Positions 1 through 12,118 of a stretch of DNA of 64,000 bases are shown here, piece after piece. The notes under the pieces are model-generated. The model was not told where the DNA came from and did not search any database. It was given only the letters and a program-made list of their open reading frames with translations. Where the stretch lies: NCBI GenBank assembly GCA_047967505.1, contig CM106538.1; one strand, given 5' to 3'. The position numbers and the translations under genes are program-made. The stretch is from Dipteris shenzhenensis (taxonomy: Eukaryota). The number at the start of each line of letters is the position of its first letter. Positions within the stretch are counted from its first letter, which is position 1.

Positions 1-897
1 CCAATGGTATGTTGGCATCTTACAAACTTTGATAGGCTAGCCAATGAAAGATGGCCAACTCTCTCTCACATGCAGAGCTGCCTGAAAGTACTCAGGCACC
101 TATTAAGTGCTTAGAGCTACGTGGTTTATAAAAACGTGTGAACCAAATCACCTACAGCACCAAATGGCGCATTACTTATACTGTGTGCACTAGCCCTTAG
201 TTAATTATATTTTATCTTTTGATAGAAGTTTATGAATTATTAATGGTCACATCAAAGCCCCACAAAAAGAGACTGAGTGAAAGTAGAGGCCTCTTCCTTG
301 TCCATCAACATCCATCTAGTCCAAAGAAATGATTAGTCTACATCATGTGTGGATCAATCTTATTTTGAGGATTTTCGAGACATTTTAGAGGTGTACTATT
401 GGTCAAGGTATGGGGAATTAGGAGTACTAGTAGTGTAGTACACTTGTATGAGATGGACAAAAGGGGGTTCTCAAAGGAGCTCTATTAGAATAGAATTTGA
501 GTACCTACTATTCAAGGGGCACACTCGTTAGGGATCAAAGGAAGCTGACTACCTAGTGTCAAAGGAGAGAGAGTGTGTTGGTTATGGGGAGAAGATATGA
601 ATGAATGCCTTTATGGAGCCATATTATTTAATAGGAAAGGCTGATTCAAAGTCTTTTGCATTCGTTAAGGGATCATGGGCGGCGTGAATTAACATGTAGT
701 GACGTGATAGCATTCCTTGCCTTGTAGTGACGAAAGAGCATTTTCCAAGCTTTTGAAAGTGACTACACATTTGTTGGTGACATGTAGGAAAAGAAGATGA
801 TGTTTTCTTTCACTGAAAACTATAGAGATCGAGCAGCTAACCACAATTGTTGATAACAATATAATAACGATGGAGAGGGGGGGGCGGGGGGGGGGTT
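1..897 (+). mobile_element. Highly degenerate LTR-retrotransposon (gypsy-like) internal remnant ending in a G-rich PPT-like tract before TGTAAGG
   Basis: No intact ORF. A purine/G run at about 871-895 is followed by TGTA at 898, resembling a PPT/LTR junction. The upstream sequence looks only weakly like pol. Confidence 0.25.
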
Positions 898-1899
898 TGT
901 AAGGCTAGGTTTAGACGGGGGTGGACACTGAAGTGTGTCTAGCACCTCCATCCGGCCCACGCACTAGATAGTTGATGGGCAACAAATAAAAAAACTTTGC
1001 GCAATGAAGCTGTGAGGATGCCCTACGCTACTAGCAGCCAATGTAAAGCTTCTCCTCGAGCAAAAGACAAATAAATGTGCACATGTGGGCACTGCAGAAT
1101 GCGCGAACATCACACCATTGGGGTGTCCGTCCTCCGAAAGAGACGGAGCACATCCGAACGCAAGCTGATCCGAACCCAAGCTGCTAACTTGAGTAGTGAG
1201 AAGAGAGGTGCATGTGTTCATGTCAAGGTTGGAGGGAAAGTGCTCCGGGAGCACTTTCTCGGGAGGGAAGCCCGAGGAATGCAACGAGCAGCCGTCAGGC
1301 CGCGAGCCACTTTTCCGATGGCTTCTCGACCGGGAAAGTGCGACCGGAGCACTTTTTCGACCGTCGAGGGCCGTTGGGAGGGGGTACCACAATAGTAAAT
1401 GGATTTTATTGGCAATGGGGCGAGTGGGATGGCGGCGCGTCCAGAGAGAGTGTGTGCAGGGCAAGTTGCAAACGGTGCAGATCATCGCAGGGGAAAGATC
1501 TAACGGCTGAGTCGAACGAGGGAGCTGCACTATGTAATAGACATGTGGCGATAGAGCGACGTGTGGCCCTGCGACAACATGGCAGCTGCAAGGTAAATGC
1601 GCATGATCATCAGATGGTTGAGTTGGCAATCCAAAATCGTGTCAATTGTCATTGTCGGTGTTCGTGAATGTGGGTGTGTCAATTGGAAATCGCCTAACCC
1701 AATGAATTTCACTTGATGTACCTTGAGTTGGATGTGGAAGACCCTTTGATCGGAAGGTGGAGATTGATCCTCTACCGACCGAGGCCCTTGAAGGGGATGT
1801 GATGATCGATGGGAGACATAAAGGAAAGGAGGGGGGGGGATAAAGTATTTTTTTTCAAAAGGAGGGATCTGGTGTGAAAGGACTTGGGGTCCCCAACCT

Positions 1900-1989
1900 G
1901 CTGATCTATTTGTTTTGGCCTTTTGGGCTCTTGATCCCCTTCGTTGTATCCGCGCGCTGCTTCTCTCTTCATTTCGAGCTCGCTTTCAG
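1900..1989 (+). promoter_or_regulatory. Putative first (5'UTR) exon of a + strand gene, probably the HemK2 gene
   Basis: CpG-retaining, CT-rich segment ending in a strong donor TTTCAG|GTAAGC (GT at 1990-1991), followed by a pyrimidine-rich tract and (CA)/(TA) microsatellite. The start coordinate is approximate. Confidence 0.4.
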
Positions 1990-4900
1990 GTAAGCTTTCC
2001 AGCTCCGCTCCCTTCATCTCTTCTCCTTTCCATGCATTTCTCTCATCCCTTCCCTCCTCCCCTCCCTTCTCCTCACCTCTTCCTCCTCCTCCTCCTCCTT
2101 TTGCTTCCTTTAGCTCTTTTTGTTCACCCATCGCCATTCACCGGCATCCACACACACACATATATATATATATATAGTTTTGGAGATTTTCCTGCGTCCT
2201 GGAATTTCCCCACAGTGTCGTTTGCACCACCTCGCCTCTAGGACGTAGGCAACGTCCCCTCCCTCTCCTCTTTAGCCAGGATTTTAGCATCGTCCCCGTG
2301 GGTTGACGCTTCGTCGTGCTGTTGCATTTCACCGCGGAGTACAGGGCTCTGGAGGAGCCAGCATTGTATTTGTAATTGGGCAGTGGAATCTCGAGGGAAT
2401 TCAAGGTCCCTTGTACGGCGGTGATAAGCTTGTCCATTTTGCAGGTCGGCCTCCTGGAAGCATTTGCGGATTTTCGCTCGAGTTTTTTTTTTTTTTTGTG
2501 GGGGGGGGGGGAATCCGCGAACTGTGAAAGCGTTTTGGTTTTGCATGCGACTAAGTGTCCCGAGATCATGGGCGTTGTCGGCAATTCGTTTATTGCTGGG
2601 CTCGTATAGGATTGGTGTGTGTCAGAGTCTTTCGTATATTCTCAAGGGGTCTAAATTGCTACCAAGTTTCTGAGCTTCGTAGGATCTGTATAGTTGGGAC
2701 GTTGTTTACAAATTGATAAATGGGCGAACATGGAAATGAGCCGCCGGAAGCACAACTGCATATCTAGATCTGTGGGTCGAAGTTCCTGAGCACGCATTTT
2801 TTAATACGGCAATAGACTTTGAAGACTTTAAAAATGCACTAATCTCATGCAAGCTTAGAGTCATGCACGCATTTGAATACACCAAATAGAGTTGTGGTTT
2901 GAAGAATTAAAAAGTGCACTAGAGTCTTTCTTTTGAATTATAGGAGATTGACAGTGTAGCAACAAATAATTAAGGCCTCTGCCGATTTTTGCAGAAACGA
3001 ATTCCAGTTTGGCATGGACATAGCATTAGATGTGGAAGAATCTGTGACTTCAAATCCATTATGCCTTGCGAGAACTGTGAGCAATTATATTGACAGTGTG
3101 GTATAATTCTTCTCTCTGAATGCACTTTGGGCTTTAAAATTGACAAGGTGAACCCTGAAGCAATTATAATGGTAACTTAAAAAGTTTGGGATTTTCAATT
3201 TCTGAGACTTCTAGTGAATTATAAGCTGGCTTTATAAAGGACATTTTTGGTGACTCTGCTGAACCATCATATTTTAAGCATGTCCACGCTGTTCCCAATC
3301 AATAGGCGTTGCATTTATACGTTTTTCGTATCCATATTCCCAGTGAGCTTAAGGAACACCTGTGTAAAACGAATTATGATTTTTCCTATTGTTGTGCGTA
3401 TCATGTGACACGTTTGCTCACGTGCCACAGGTGAGATTGCTATTCAATCCCTATGTCTTAGTTTTCATCCAGCAGCCAAACCCAAAAAAAATCCAACATG
3501 AATTAGTGGTAAGCAACTGTTATCGTCATGGTTCCACAATTCCTGATGTCAAACTTTATAGCAATTTAGGCTCTTTTTTTGCTGTCCATAAGTTCTCTCT
3601 ATGGCAGTTTTGGTCGTCCTGATGTGAACATGGGAGCCGTGGCCACACGCAATTGGTTTCTGTGTGAAGGGAAGCACAACTTTAGAACTGAGCTGAAGGG
3701 GAAGTGGATGGTTTTGGAACTATCTCACTGTGTGAGGCTGCAGGCGAGTGTTTCAAATGCTGGAAAATGCTCAATTTTGTGAAGATATGTCTTGGAATAT
3801 GCCAATCACACAATTTAAGGCTGGCAGCAGAGCTTCGATTTAGGATTGTGTTAAGTAATAAAAATGTGTCCTATGATGATGGTAGATCATTGAACATGTG
3901 ATTTGATTGGCTTTGCTCTTTGGTCTCTGCCTGTCGTATGGCTGAGTGCCTCTTAGCTCTTGAGAAGCAGTAGAAAATATATTTTGGTCCTATGGATAGC
4001 TGTGGTAGAGCACTGTGCATTGCTTACAGACCTCGAGTGGGTAAAATTTAGCTGAGTCTTTGATTCAAACTCCAAAGTAAATGTTGCTGTATTATGTGTC
4101 TCCTTTTCTGTGGGGAAATGGCAATCTTGTGTTAAGTTCCATCAATTCAAGATTCTGTTGATTTCGTTTGTATATAGGCAAAGCTTGCCTGTACTGTATT
4201 TGGATGTCATGTGGTCCTAGATAGTGTTTTGCTTGGATAAATTCCGCCGCTCTCTTGTTTCCTTGTGTTTGGGCTGGTGTTTCTTTTGTTTTGATAAATC
4301 TCAAGGCTTGCCTAGTTTTTCTACTGATATAGGCAAATCTATCCCAACCCTAGTGGGTTTATGTGGACTACTTCATCTTTAAGAAGACTTTGTATGGGTG
4401 TGAAGCAAGCAGCTCATTCATTTGGTACTCAAAGATAGACAAACATTTCCATATTGAATTTTTTTTTCATTTGATTAGGATTTCATGCAAAGCATGAGTT
4501 TCTGAAATGTTTTGAAACCTAGATGACAGCTTTTGCTTTGATACTGGTGAGAAAGTAAGTGAAGCTTTGCTTACTAAAGTTATTTGTTTTTCTAAATTCT
4601 AAGTTTGTTCATGTCCAGAGTGCCAACAGAAACTCAGTACGAAGACTTTTGTCCCTTCATACGTTTGTATGAGGTGAAAATGTTGATTGACCACTGGATG
4701 TGGCCGCTTCTGCCTAGAGCTTCTTGAAGTGAGGCAATTTCTTCTTCTTGTGGAGATGCACATGACAATAGAAACAATGGTTGTAGGTCATTTGGGTTGG
4801 TGAATTCAAGAAACTGCCGTAGCTGTCGCTATCTTTGGTCGTCCAGTTCTTCTTAGACTGCCCGTTTCTTCCCGTTCCCACCATCACCTGGCGTGGTGAG

Positions 4901-6189
4901 TCCTGGTACTTCTTTCTTGGGTCCCTGACTCATAGAGTAATGAATTCAACCGCACCCCCCATGCCCCCCCAACCCCCTCTCCCCGCCTGCCCACAACCCA
5001 TATGTTCCCTCTGTCATATGCCTCAACAGCCTGCCCAGCTACTTTCATCCTCCCCATTGTGATCCCGCCTGAAGGCCAGCCTCTTCCCACGCTACTGATT
5101 CCGGGGCCATATGTGGCCCACATGTGCAGCCGCTCCAGCAGTTGTTTCCGCCCCTACCTTGCCTCTGATCAGCCAGCCTATGCCTGGTTCTGTCTGCCCA
5201 ATGTATGATTTAATCTGAAGCAGTTCTCTCCCCAGAAGCAGTTACGATTACCTGCTGTTCTCCTTCCTCTGGTTCGCCCTGCTTGTGCACCTTTATTACC
5301 TGCCATTGGTTATTTGCTGATAAAAGCCTCTGCACTTTGGTCAGAAGCTGCAACAAACCTTTGAATCTGCAAGAATCTTCTGCTAATGACCCTTTACTGA
5401 ACAGAGCCTCTACATCACGTGCATTCCAGACTTTACTGCAAGTTCAGCCCATAGGAAAACTGCTCTAGAAAATTTATTTTCTTCTTCCTAAAAATGCTTG
5501 TTAAACCCCCCCCCCCCCACCCCGTGGGGGAGAGCTGGAAATGGAAGAGTTTCTGCCTGTGCGCTACATGGCCGTGGACTCATGTCATGAATATTCAACC
5601 TTGATGAACAGTAGTCAATGACTTTGGCAGTCCATTCATGACTTTGTTCAGTCAATTTTCTTCTGCAAGTGGCACTACAGTGCAGCAACTTTCATCACAT
5701 GCTGTACACAACCGAGGGAACTCTTCTGAAGTTCTGGTTTTGCATTTTTACCACTCCCATGAAATGCCATTGTTCGCATCATGGCTTCCTAGTGTAGCAG
5801 GTCAAGTAGTGAACGGTAGTGAAAAGCATTAGTTATGTTAAAGCTGTGGCCAGTCTCCCCAATATCCTGGTCCTCAATGCTTTGTGATACATTTTCAGGA
5901 TTAAAGCTGTGGCCAGGCTCCCCAATATTATGTTCCTCAATGTTTTGTGATGCATCTTAAGGAGAAAACTATCACGCATTTCTTGTTTTTGCTGCACAAG
6001 CTGCTCTTTGTTGTTCTGTGCAAATTTAGTTTGCCATCCTTTGCTATCACCTTTGTATCTTCTATATTTTCTTGGTTTATGGAGATATGCATTGGTCGAT
6101 ACCCACCTTTTTCTCAAAGACTTGTCCTCAAAGCTGCCATCCTTGAAGTGTCCAAGAGTGAGCACGTTTGATTTAATCTCAAGGTGACT

Positions 6190-7296
6190 ATTGTCATCTG
6201 CAGCTTCTGTGCATGCCAATATTGTACCTTGTTTGTGAAGACTTTGATGGGGAGTTCCTTCTCGAAGATATCCATGGCAAGGATTGATGATCTTTGGAGT
6301 CCGTTGCATGGTACTTCAATTTTTAGTCTGATAGATTTGAATGCGGCTCATCAGATTGTATCTCGTGCTCAAGGTCTGCACAAAACTGCTTTTAGAAGTA
6401 GCTTTGATTGTTATGAGTTTTTGGTAATGTCATTCGGGCTTACCAAGGCTCCAACTACATTTGTCATGCTGATGAGTGATTTACTATGCCCGTATATTGG
6501 GAAGTTTTAGTACAAAAGTCTTGCTGAACTTATAGAACAAGATTTGAGAAAAAAGTACAGTACACAAGTCTGTTGTCTCTGTGTGAATAAGAAGAAAACT
6601 GTGTTATGCATGGTTAAGCTAGAATATATTTTCTTCATTAAAACTCTGATGGGGTTGAAGATGGCTGTAATTTTGTTGTGGCCAGTACCCAAGAATGTGC
6701 GAGCTTTATGGTCCTTCTCTGTTCAGTTTTAGAGAAGACATATCTAAGTGTATTTTGATACGTTCTCTCCATTGACTAAGTTCACGCCAGACAAAGTACC
6801 TTGCGTTTGGGGAAAGAATCAACAAGAAAACTTTGATGCAATAAAGAGAGCAGTAGCTCAAGGACCTGTGCTAAGGATTGTTGATCACTAGAAACCGGTT
6901 TTCCTAGAAATCAATGCAAGTGGCATTGCGGTAGGAGCATGCTATTGCAAGAAGGGAGGCTAGTGCCTTTAAAAGCAAGAAGCTTTCATCTTCTTAGAAG
7001 AATTGGTCAACTCATGAGCAACAGTTGTATGGTGTGGTCCATGCTTTGAAAGCATGGAGACATAATTTATATGGTGCAGAGTTTTATGTTGTCGATTATG
7101 ATAGTCTGACATATTTTTGTAAACAGCCTTATTCGAGTGGCTGCCAAGCTAGGTGGACAAATTTCTGAAATATTTTTCCAAACAGCCAGATTTGAGTGCT
7201 GCCAAGATAGGTGGGCAGAACTCATGCAATTCCATATGGGGATTTGGTACTGAAGGTGGAAGGATAACAAAGTTGCTGATGCATTGTCACGCATTA
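6190..7296 (+). mobile_element. Degenerate Ty3/gypsy pol remnant (RT and RNase H)
   Basis: Translated fragments RIDDL..., FSLIDL, KTAFRSSFDCYEFLVMSFGLTKAPTTF, WPVPKNVRAL, GPVLRIVD, INASGIAVGA and VVHALKAWRH.LYG match gypsy RT/RNase H motifs. There are many stops and frameshifts. Confidence 0.85.
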
Positions 7297-9600
7297 TGTG
7301 AGAGTGCAGCAGAAACTGAACAGAAAAGAGACTAAACCAAACAAACTGAATAGAAAGGAAAGATAGAGAGACTGCAAGGGATCTCAGGGAAAAGTCCTCT
7401 GCACTACTGGTAAAACCTCCAATGTGAGATACAGCAAGTGAGTGTTTTCTTTTTTGGGGGGGGGGGGGGGGGGGCTATATATATATATATATAGGCTCTA
7501 CACCTCCCCAAGTCAACTGGTATAACAGGCTGACCAGCGGTCCTAGATGGGCCGACCCCCTCCTGCCATAAGAAGGGCTGCCACGCAGCCATATAGGGGC
7601 TCTTAAGTGGCGAACCAGCAGGTCGGTGCACTTCAGCCAGACTTGGGGCCTAGTAACCCGACCAGTCAGGTCAGGTTGGCTGCCCCAAAGGGTGGCGTGC
7701 CTGGTCCCCTATAAAGGCGCAGCCTAGGCCCAAAGGGGCTACCACGCGGTAGGAACACGTGCCATGAATGTGCCTCTAAGGTGATCTGTCCGCCTACCCA
7801 TAGGACCCTGATCCATGCTGTGAATGGAGCCAAACTGGTCCACACAGATTTGGTCCCCCTCTAGCAAAGCACAACACCCTGGTAGAGCCTCTGGTTGGTA
7901 GATCTGCTCCGGAAGAGGCGGGATATACCACCTAGGCCAACCCTACTCTACACTAGCCTCACTAGGGGCGGGCACGCCCACAACCAAGGCCCTCACTCTC
8001 TACCCTAACTATCGTACATGAACAGATGCTCAACTCTGACACCCCCTCTCATCTCCTAGATGTCACATGATTAATAACTTGAGGAGTACAGTTTAGGAAA
8101 ATGAAAGACCTTACTCTTGCATTGACATAGTCCTAGAGCTAAGGCATGGTCTCTGCCTCCTCCTATTGTAGGATCCCAAGATTTTCTACGAGGGGTAGGC
8201 CTAACAACCCCCACCAATATGAATTGCTAAATCATAGACTGCAAGACGGCGGACTCCATCTTGACCCACCACACACCGTAATTGAGTCCAACCAACTGAC
8301 AGTTCAAATGGAAGGTGGTAATGTGGAAATTTTCATTTTGCTCTCTACCATCTCAGCCAGGGTATAGCCGTGTCGAAGTGACGAGAGAGTCGAACTAAGA
8401 AGAAAGAATGGATGGGAAAGAAGGTAGAGAAGAGGATTGACGGAGAAAGGGAGGACAAGGTTGGAGAAGATAATGAAGAGGCTTGGGGCCTAGGTGCCAT
8501 CACACCCTCCTTGTTCCATCCCTCAAAGACACCTCCTTTCGAATATGAAAACACCCTTCAAAGACTACGCACCTGCCTTGACACCCAAACTGGCTGCAGC
8601 TCCCGCACTCCTCTTGTGACACCTCCAAATAGCAGCCCTAATCTCTACACAGTTTGCTGCTCTAGGCTTCCTCCACGTCTGGTTTCGAGCCTACCTTTGG
8701 CTTTGATACGATGTGAGAGTGTAGCGGAAACTGAATAGAAAAGAGAGAGCAAACCAAACCAAACAAACTGAACTGAAAGGAAAGAGAGAGAGACTGCAAG
8801 GGATCTTAGGGAAAAGCCCTTTGCACTGTTAGGAATGTATCGGGGATAGACTATCCTCACTCTCTCTCTTGCTCAATGCTAACTGCAACTGCAAGATGAT
8901 TCACTCAATACACAGTGATGCTGTGGATGTGAGTGAGAAAATCAGAGGGAGAGAATGTAGTGGACCTCCAAAGAGGAAATAGAGACAACTGAATAATGAA
9001 TGCCCAACGGGTAGAATACAATTGTATGAAGGGGCTGAAACCCTCACCTCAAAACTGGGAAGACTAGACTATCTAGAGGAGGTGAATCCTCACTAGATCC
9101 TTGAAGAGGCTGAGACTACCTTGCTTTTTGCTGCAGGGAGGCCTTGCTGCTACTATTCTGATAGTCGAAGTGTCGAAATGTGGGATGAAGAACGAGGGCC
9201 AGAGGCTGCCCTATTATACGCTGTTAGGTCAGCTTGGCCGACCTGGTCAACGCAGACCATTGACTAGGTCAATAAAAAAGGCAATGTCCAAAAAAAGTCA
9301 AAGCGTTGACTTTTTGACCAAAAAAAGAGTCAACTGTGTGTTTTTACCTGCGATGATGTGGCATTGACTGTCTGTTGACTGTGTGCTGATTGCTGATTGC
9401 ACAAGGTGGCATGGTTGTATGGATGTCTGCGTGGTAGTTGACCTGGCTGCCTACGTTGGCACCAGCCAGTATGGCCACGTGCTTGTGGATGCGCGCGACA
9501 GGCAAAACCTCCAATGTGAGATACATGAGATGAGACAAAAAAGGGTGGCTGGGGGTATATATAGGCTCCACAACTCCCCTAATCGATTGGTACAACAGGC
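7297..9600 (-). mobile_element. Degenerate LTR element with two diverged LTR copies (about 7297-7530 and about 8712-9600)
   Basis: TGTGAGAGTG..GGGAAAAG..CTGCACT is repeated at 7297 and 8712. AAAACCTCCAATGTGAGATACA...GGT(A)(T/C)AACAGGCTGAC is repeated near 7412-7533 and 9504-9604, so the left copy has a large internal deletion. GCTTTGATACGA before 8712 reads on minus as a degenerate tRNA-iMet PBS. Confidence 0.55.
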
Positions 9601-10147
9601 TGACTGGCATGCCTCAAGGGGCCACATGACTTATTTTCAACCAAAGCAATGAAGTGCTTGAAGACCATAAAACTTTTGGAGTTTTCCTTGAGTGGAACCA
9701 CTCAAGCGAACCTTGAAAAATCATCAATAAATGTGTAGGCGCAGATGTGGGCACCATGTACAGGAGGTCATAAGCCTCGCCCCCTAGCCATGCAAAGAGC
9801 CTCTCTCTCCTCCCAAAAAATCCCATGAGGGATGAAAGGAGAGGGCAAATGAGGCCTTTATATCCAAGGCCCCCCAATACACACATTAGCTTATGGGATT
9901 ACTCCCATTAAATCCACATGTCAGCATGTGGCTGCCCCCCCTTCCATTAAGCCTTTTTTCACGCAAATGAAGGGTGACGAAGTAGAGATGATTCCCCAAC
10001 GATGGAGTCTTGATGGGGCCGCAAACATTACTATGAATTAGTTACAATTTCTAGCAGCCCGAACAACGTCATCCTTTGGAAAAGAAAATATGTGCATTTT
10101 ACCAAGAATGCGAGTGGGAGGGGGAGAGGGAGTGTGCGTGCGCGCGC

Positions 10148-10153
<6 letters not shown>

Positions 10154-10202
<49 letters not shown>
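10154..10202. repeat. (GA)n microsatellite
   Basis: Perfect dinucleotide run read directly from the sequence. Confidence 0.95.
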
Positions 10203-10206
<4 letters not shown>

Positions 10207-11134
10207 GAATCTGCAGACGGCCAAAAAAGTTAATGACCAAGAACACTGAAATGATCATGAGAGTACATCCCGCATGTGAAGAACCAGACTTTTCAAGAAT
10301 GCAATTGTGTGCAATGCTTGCATAATTTGAATGTTGATTGGCCCTCCAATGGGGGAAGAGCGACCTCGTGAGAGTACTTGTTTCTCTTTTTGGCCTACGT
10401 GCAAGGTGGGATAGAGATGTTGGATGAATGCAAGGTGAATAGAGAATGCTACATGAGATTCACAATGAAGGGTGATACCCTTTCATTAATGTCCCTTGAG
10501 ATCACTCAAGTTCCAGTCCCATTTAGGCCTATCCTTAACCGTTGACCCATGCATCTACTTCAATGCACTCTAATGCATTCTCCCCTTTCCTATTGCCTCT
10601 AGGATCTCTCAAGTTTTCTCATTTGATACTGGTATTTGTATTTTCTATCTTCAGGTGACTCTTTGCTCTACGGACTCAACTTTTCTTGTGGGTACTCATT
10701 CCCATTTATGCTCGTCTTAACCTTTTCTTGTTCTTGAAGTACACATGGAGGTGCTAACTTTTCTTCTTTAGTAACCTTTTCATTCCCAAGAGGTTGAATA
10801 GGTGGATTTCCTTTAATTGGCTTCTCATATAGGGATTGCTCTTATGTTTCATTATGGTTTTTAGTTGCATTGCCTCATTGTCGTTTGCGGTCCTTTGGTG
10901 TTTGGTAGTCTCTCCGCATCCAGAATTTCCTTGTCCTTTTAAGAGTCTTCTTTTCCCCCCCAATGGTGGCCTAGATGAGGTAGAACTATTGCATTCACCT
11001 AGATTGGGTAAAACTTTGCACGTTCCTTCCTTCACCTCCTCCTCGAAATTTGTAGATTTCTTTGCTTGCCGCTGCCTCCTCCCCCCCCGTCTGTCTGTCT
11101 CTCCCTCCCCCCCCCTGTCTCTCTCTCCTCCCTG

Positions 11135-11166
<32 letters not shown>

Positions 11167-11188
11167 TGGATATAAATTGGTGTATAAT

Positions 11189-11879
11189 ATAAGTGTTGAA
11201 GATGTTTTCTCTTGGATATATTTTTTTAAAGATAATCTTTACATCTTAATAGGTGATTCTTTGTCTCAACAAAGTATAGGAATCCCTATGGGCACTAATT
11301 GTGCTGTCGTTTTAGTAAACTTTTATCTTTTCGCTTATGAATTTGAGTTTATGCAAGGTCTTATTTCTATCTATACTTGCCCTATCGTTTTACATAAGCT
11401 TAGCCAAGTTAGGCCTTCTATAGATGATTTATTTGCTCAAGATGTTCTTGACTTTCAAGACTTTATGTACAAAGACGCTAGTGCTTTTGGAGAAGGAATC
11501 TATCTTCGTGACTCTTGTGAACTTAATTGCACCTTCAAGAGGGGATTCTTGTGTTTTCTTAGATCTTTCTAAACATGCCTAAGGTTAATACACCGAAGAT
11601 AAAAATCTAAGATTGTGCGAACTTTTTTCACTATTTTTCTTGGATTATACCTCTTGTGTATTAGCAAAGTGATCAAATTACTACATTGAGTGATAAAATA
11701 CTCCTTAGTTATACTAAGGCGAAAAAATCTATGGAATTGGAAAGAAGTGATTCCATATTTTGCCAAGTTAGACATGTTTGAGTCAATGTGAGGCATTTTT
11801 ATAATTTGTAACTCACTATATTCAGGTTGTTCACGTTTATCATATATATCAACCTCTAATCCTGTAGTAGATTGAGAGA
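11189..11879. mobile_element. Penelope-like retroelement (PLE) RT fragment with an internal inversion (11189-11571 on +, 11572-11879 on -)
   Basis: + strand: QQSIGIPMGTNCA...FYLFAYE, IDDL, GIY, and after a frameshift GDSCVFLDLS. - strand: GLEVDIYDKR...IIKMPHIDSN...YGI...QFHRFFR...L.HKRY. These are PLE RT motifs 4-7 and the thumb region. Confidence 0.8.
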
Positions 11880-12118
11880 GTCTATGATTGAACATTTTGG
11901 GCATCTGGATACTCTTTCCCTGGGTCGTGCTGCACGTCAGCTTCTTTTGCAGCATATTGATTTGTTGTTTATTTTTGCTCAGTCACCCTCTTCCTTTCTT
12001 CTTATTTATTATTTCTTTCTTTTTGGTTTTGTTTTGTGTTGTTTTTTAAATTTATTTTTAGTAAACACTGGGTTTGCCGAAGAGACTACGCGGGTCTTTA
12101 GAAACCTGATATGGCTGC

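Noticed and set aside
964-1667. Overlapping 100-220 aa ORFs on both strands
   Set aside because: Open frames are expected in this GC-rich patch. They have no recognisable motif or splice structure.
1772-2584. Minus-strand ORFs (G/E/K-rich 121 aa, and 148 aa)
   Set aside because: They are low-complexity shadows of a CT-rich + strand UTR/intron and homopolymer runs, with no recognisable domain.
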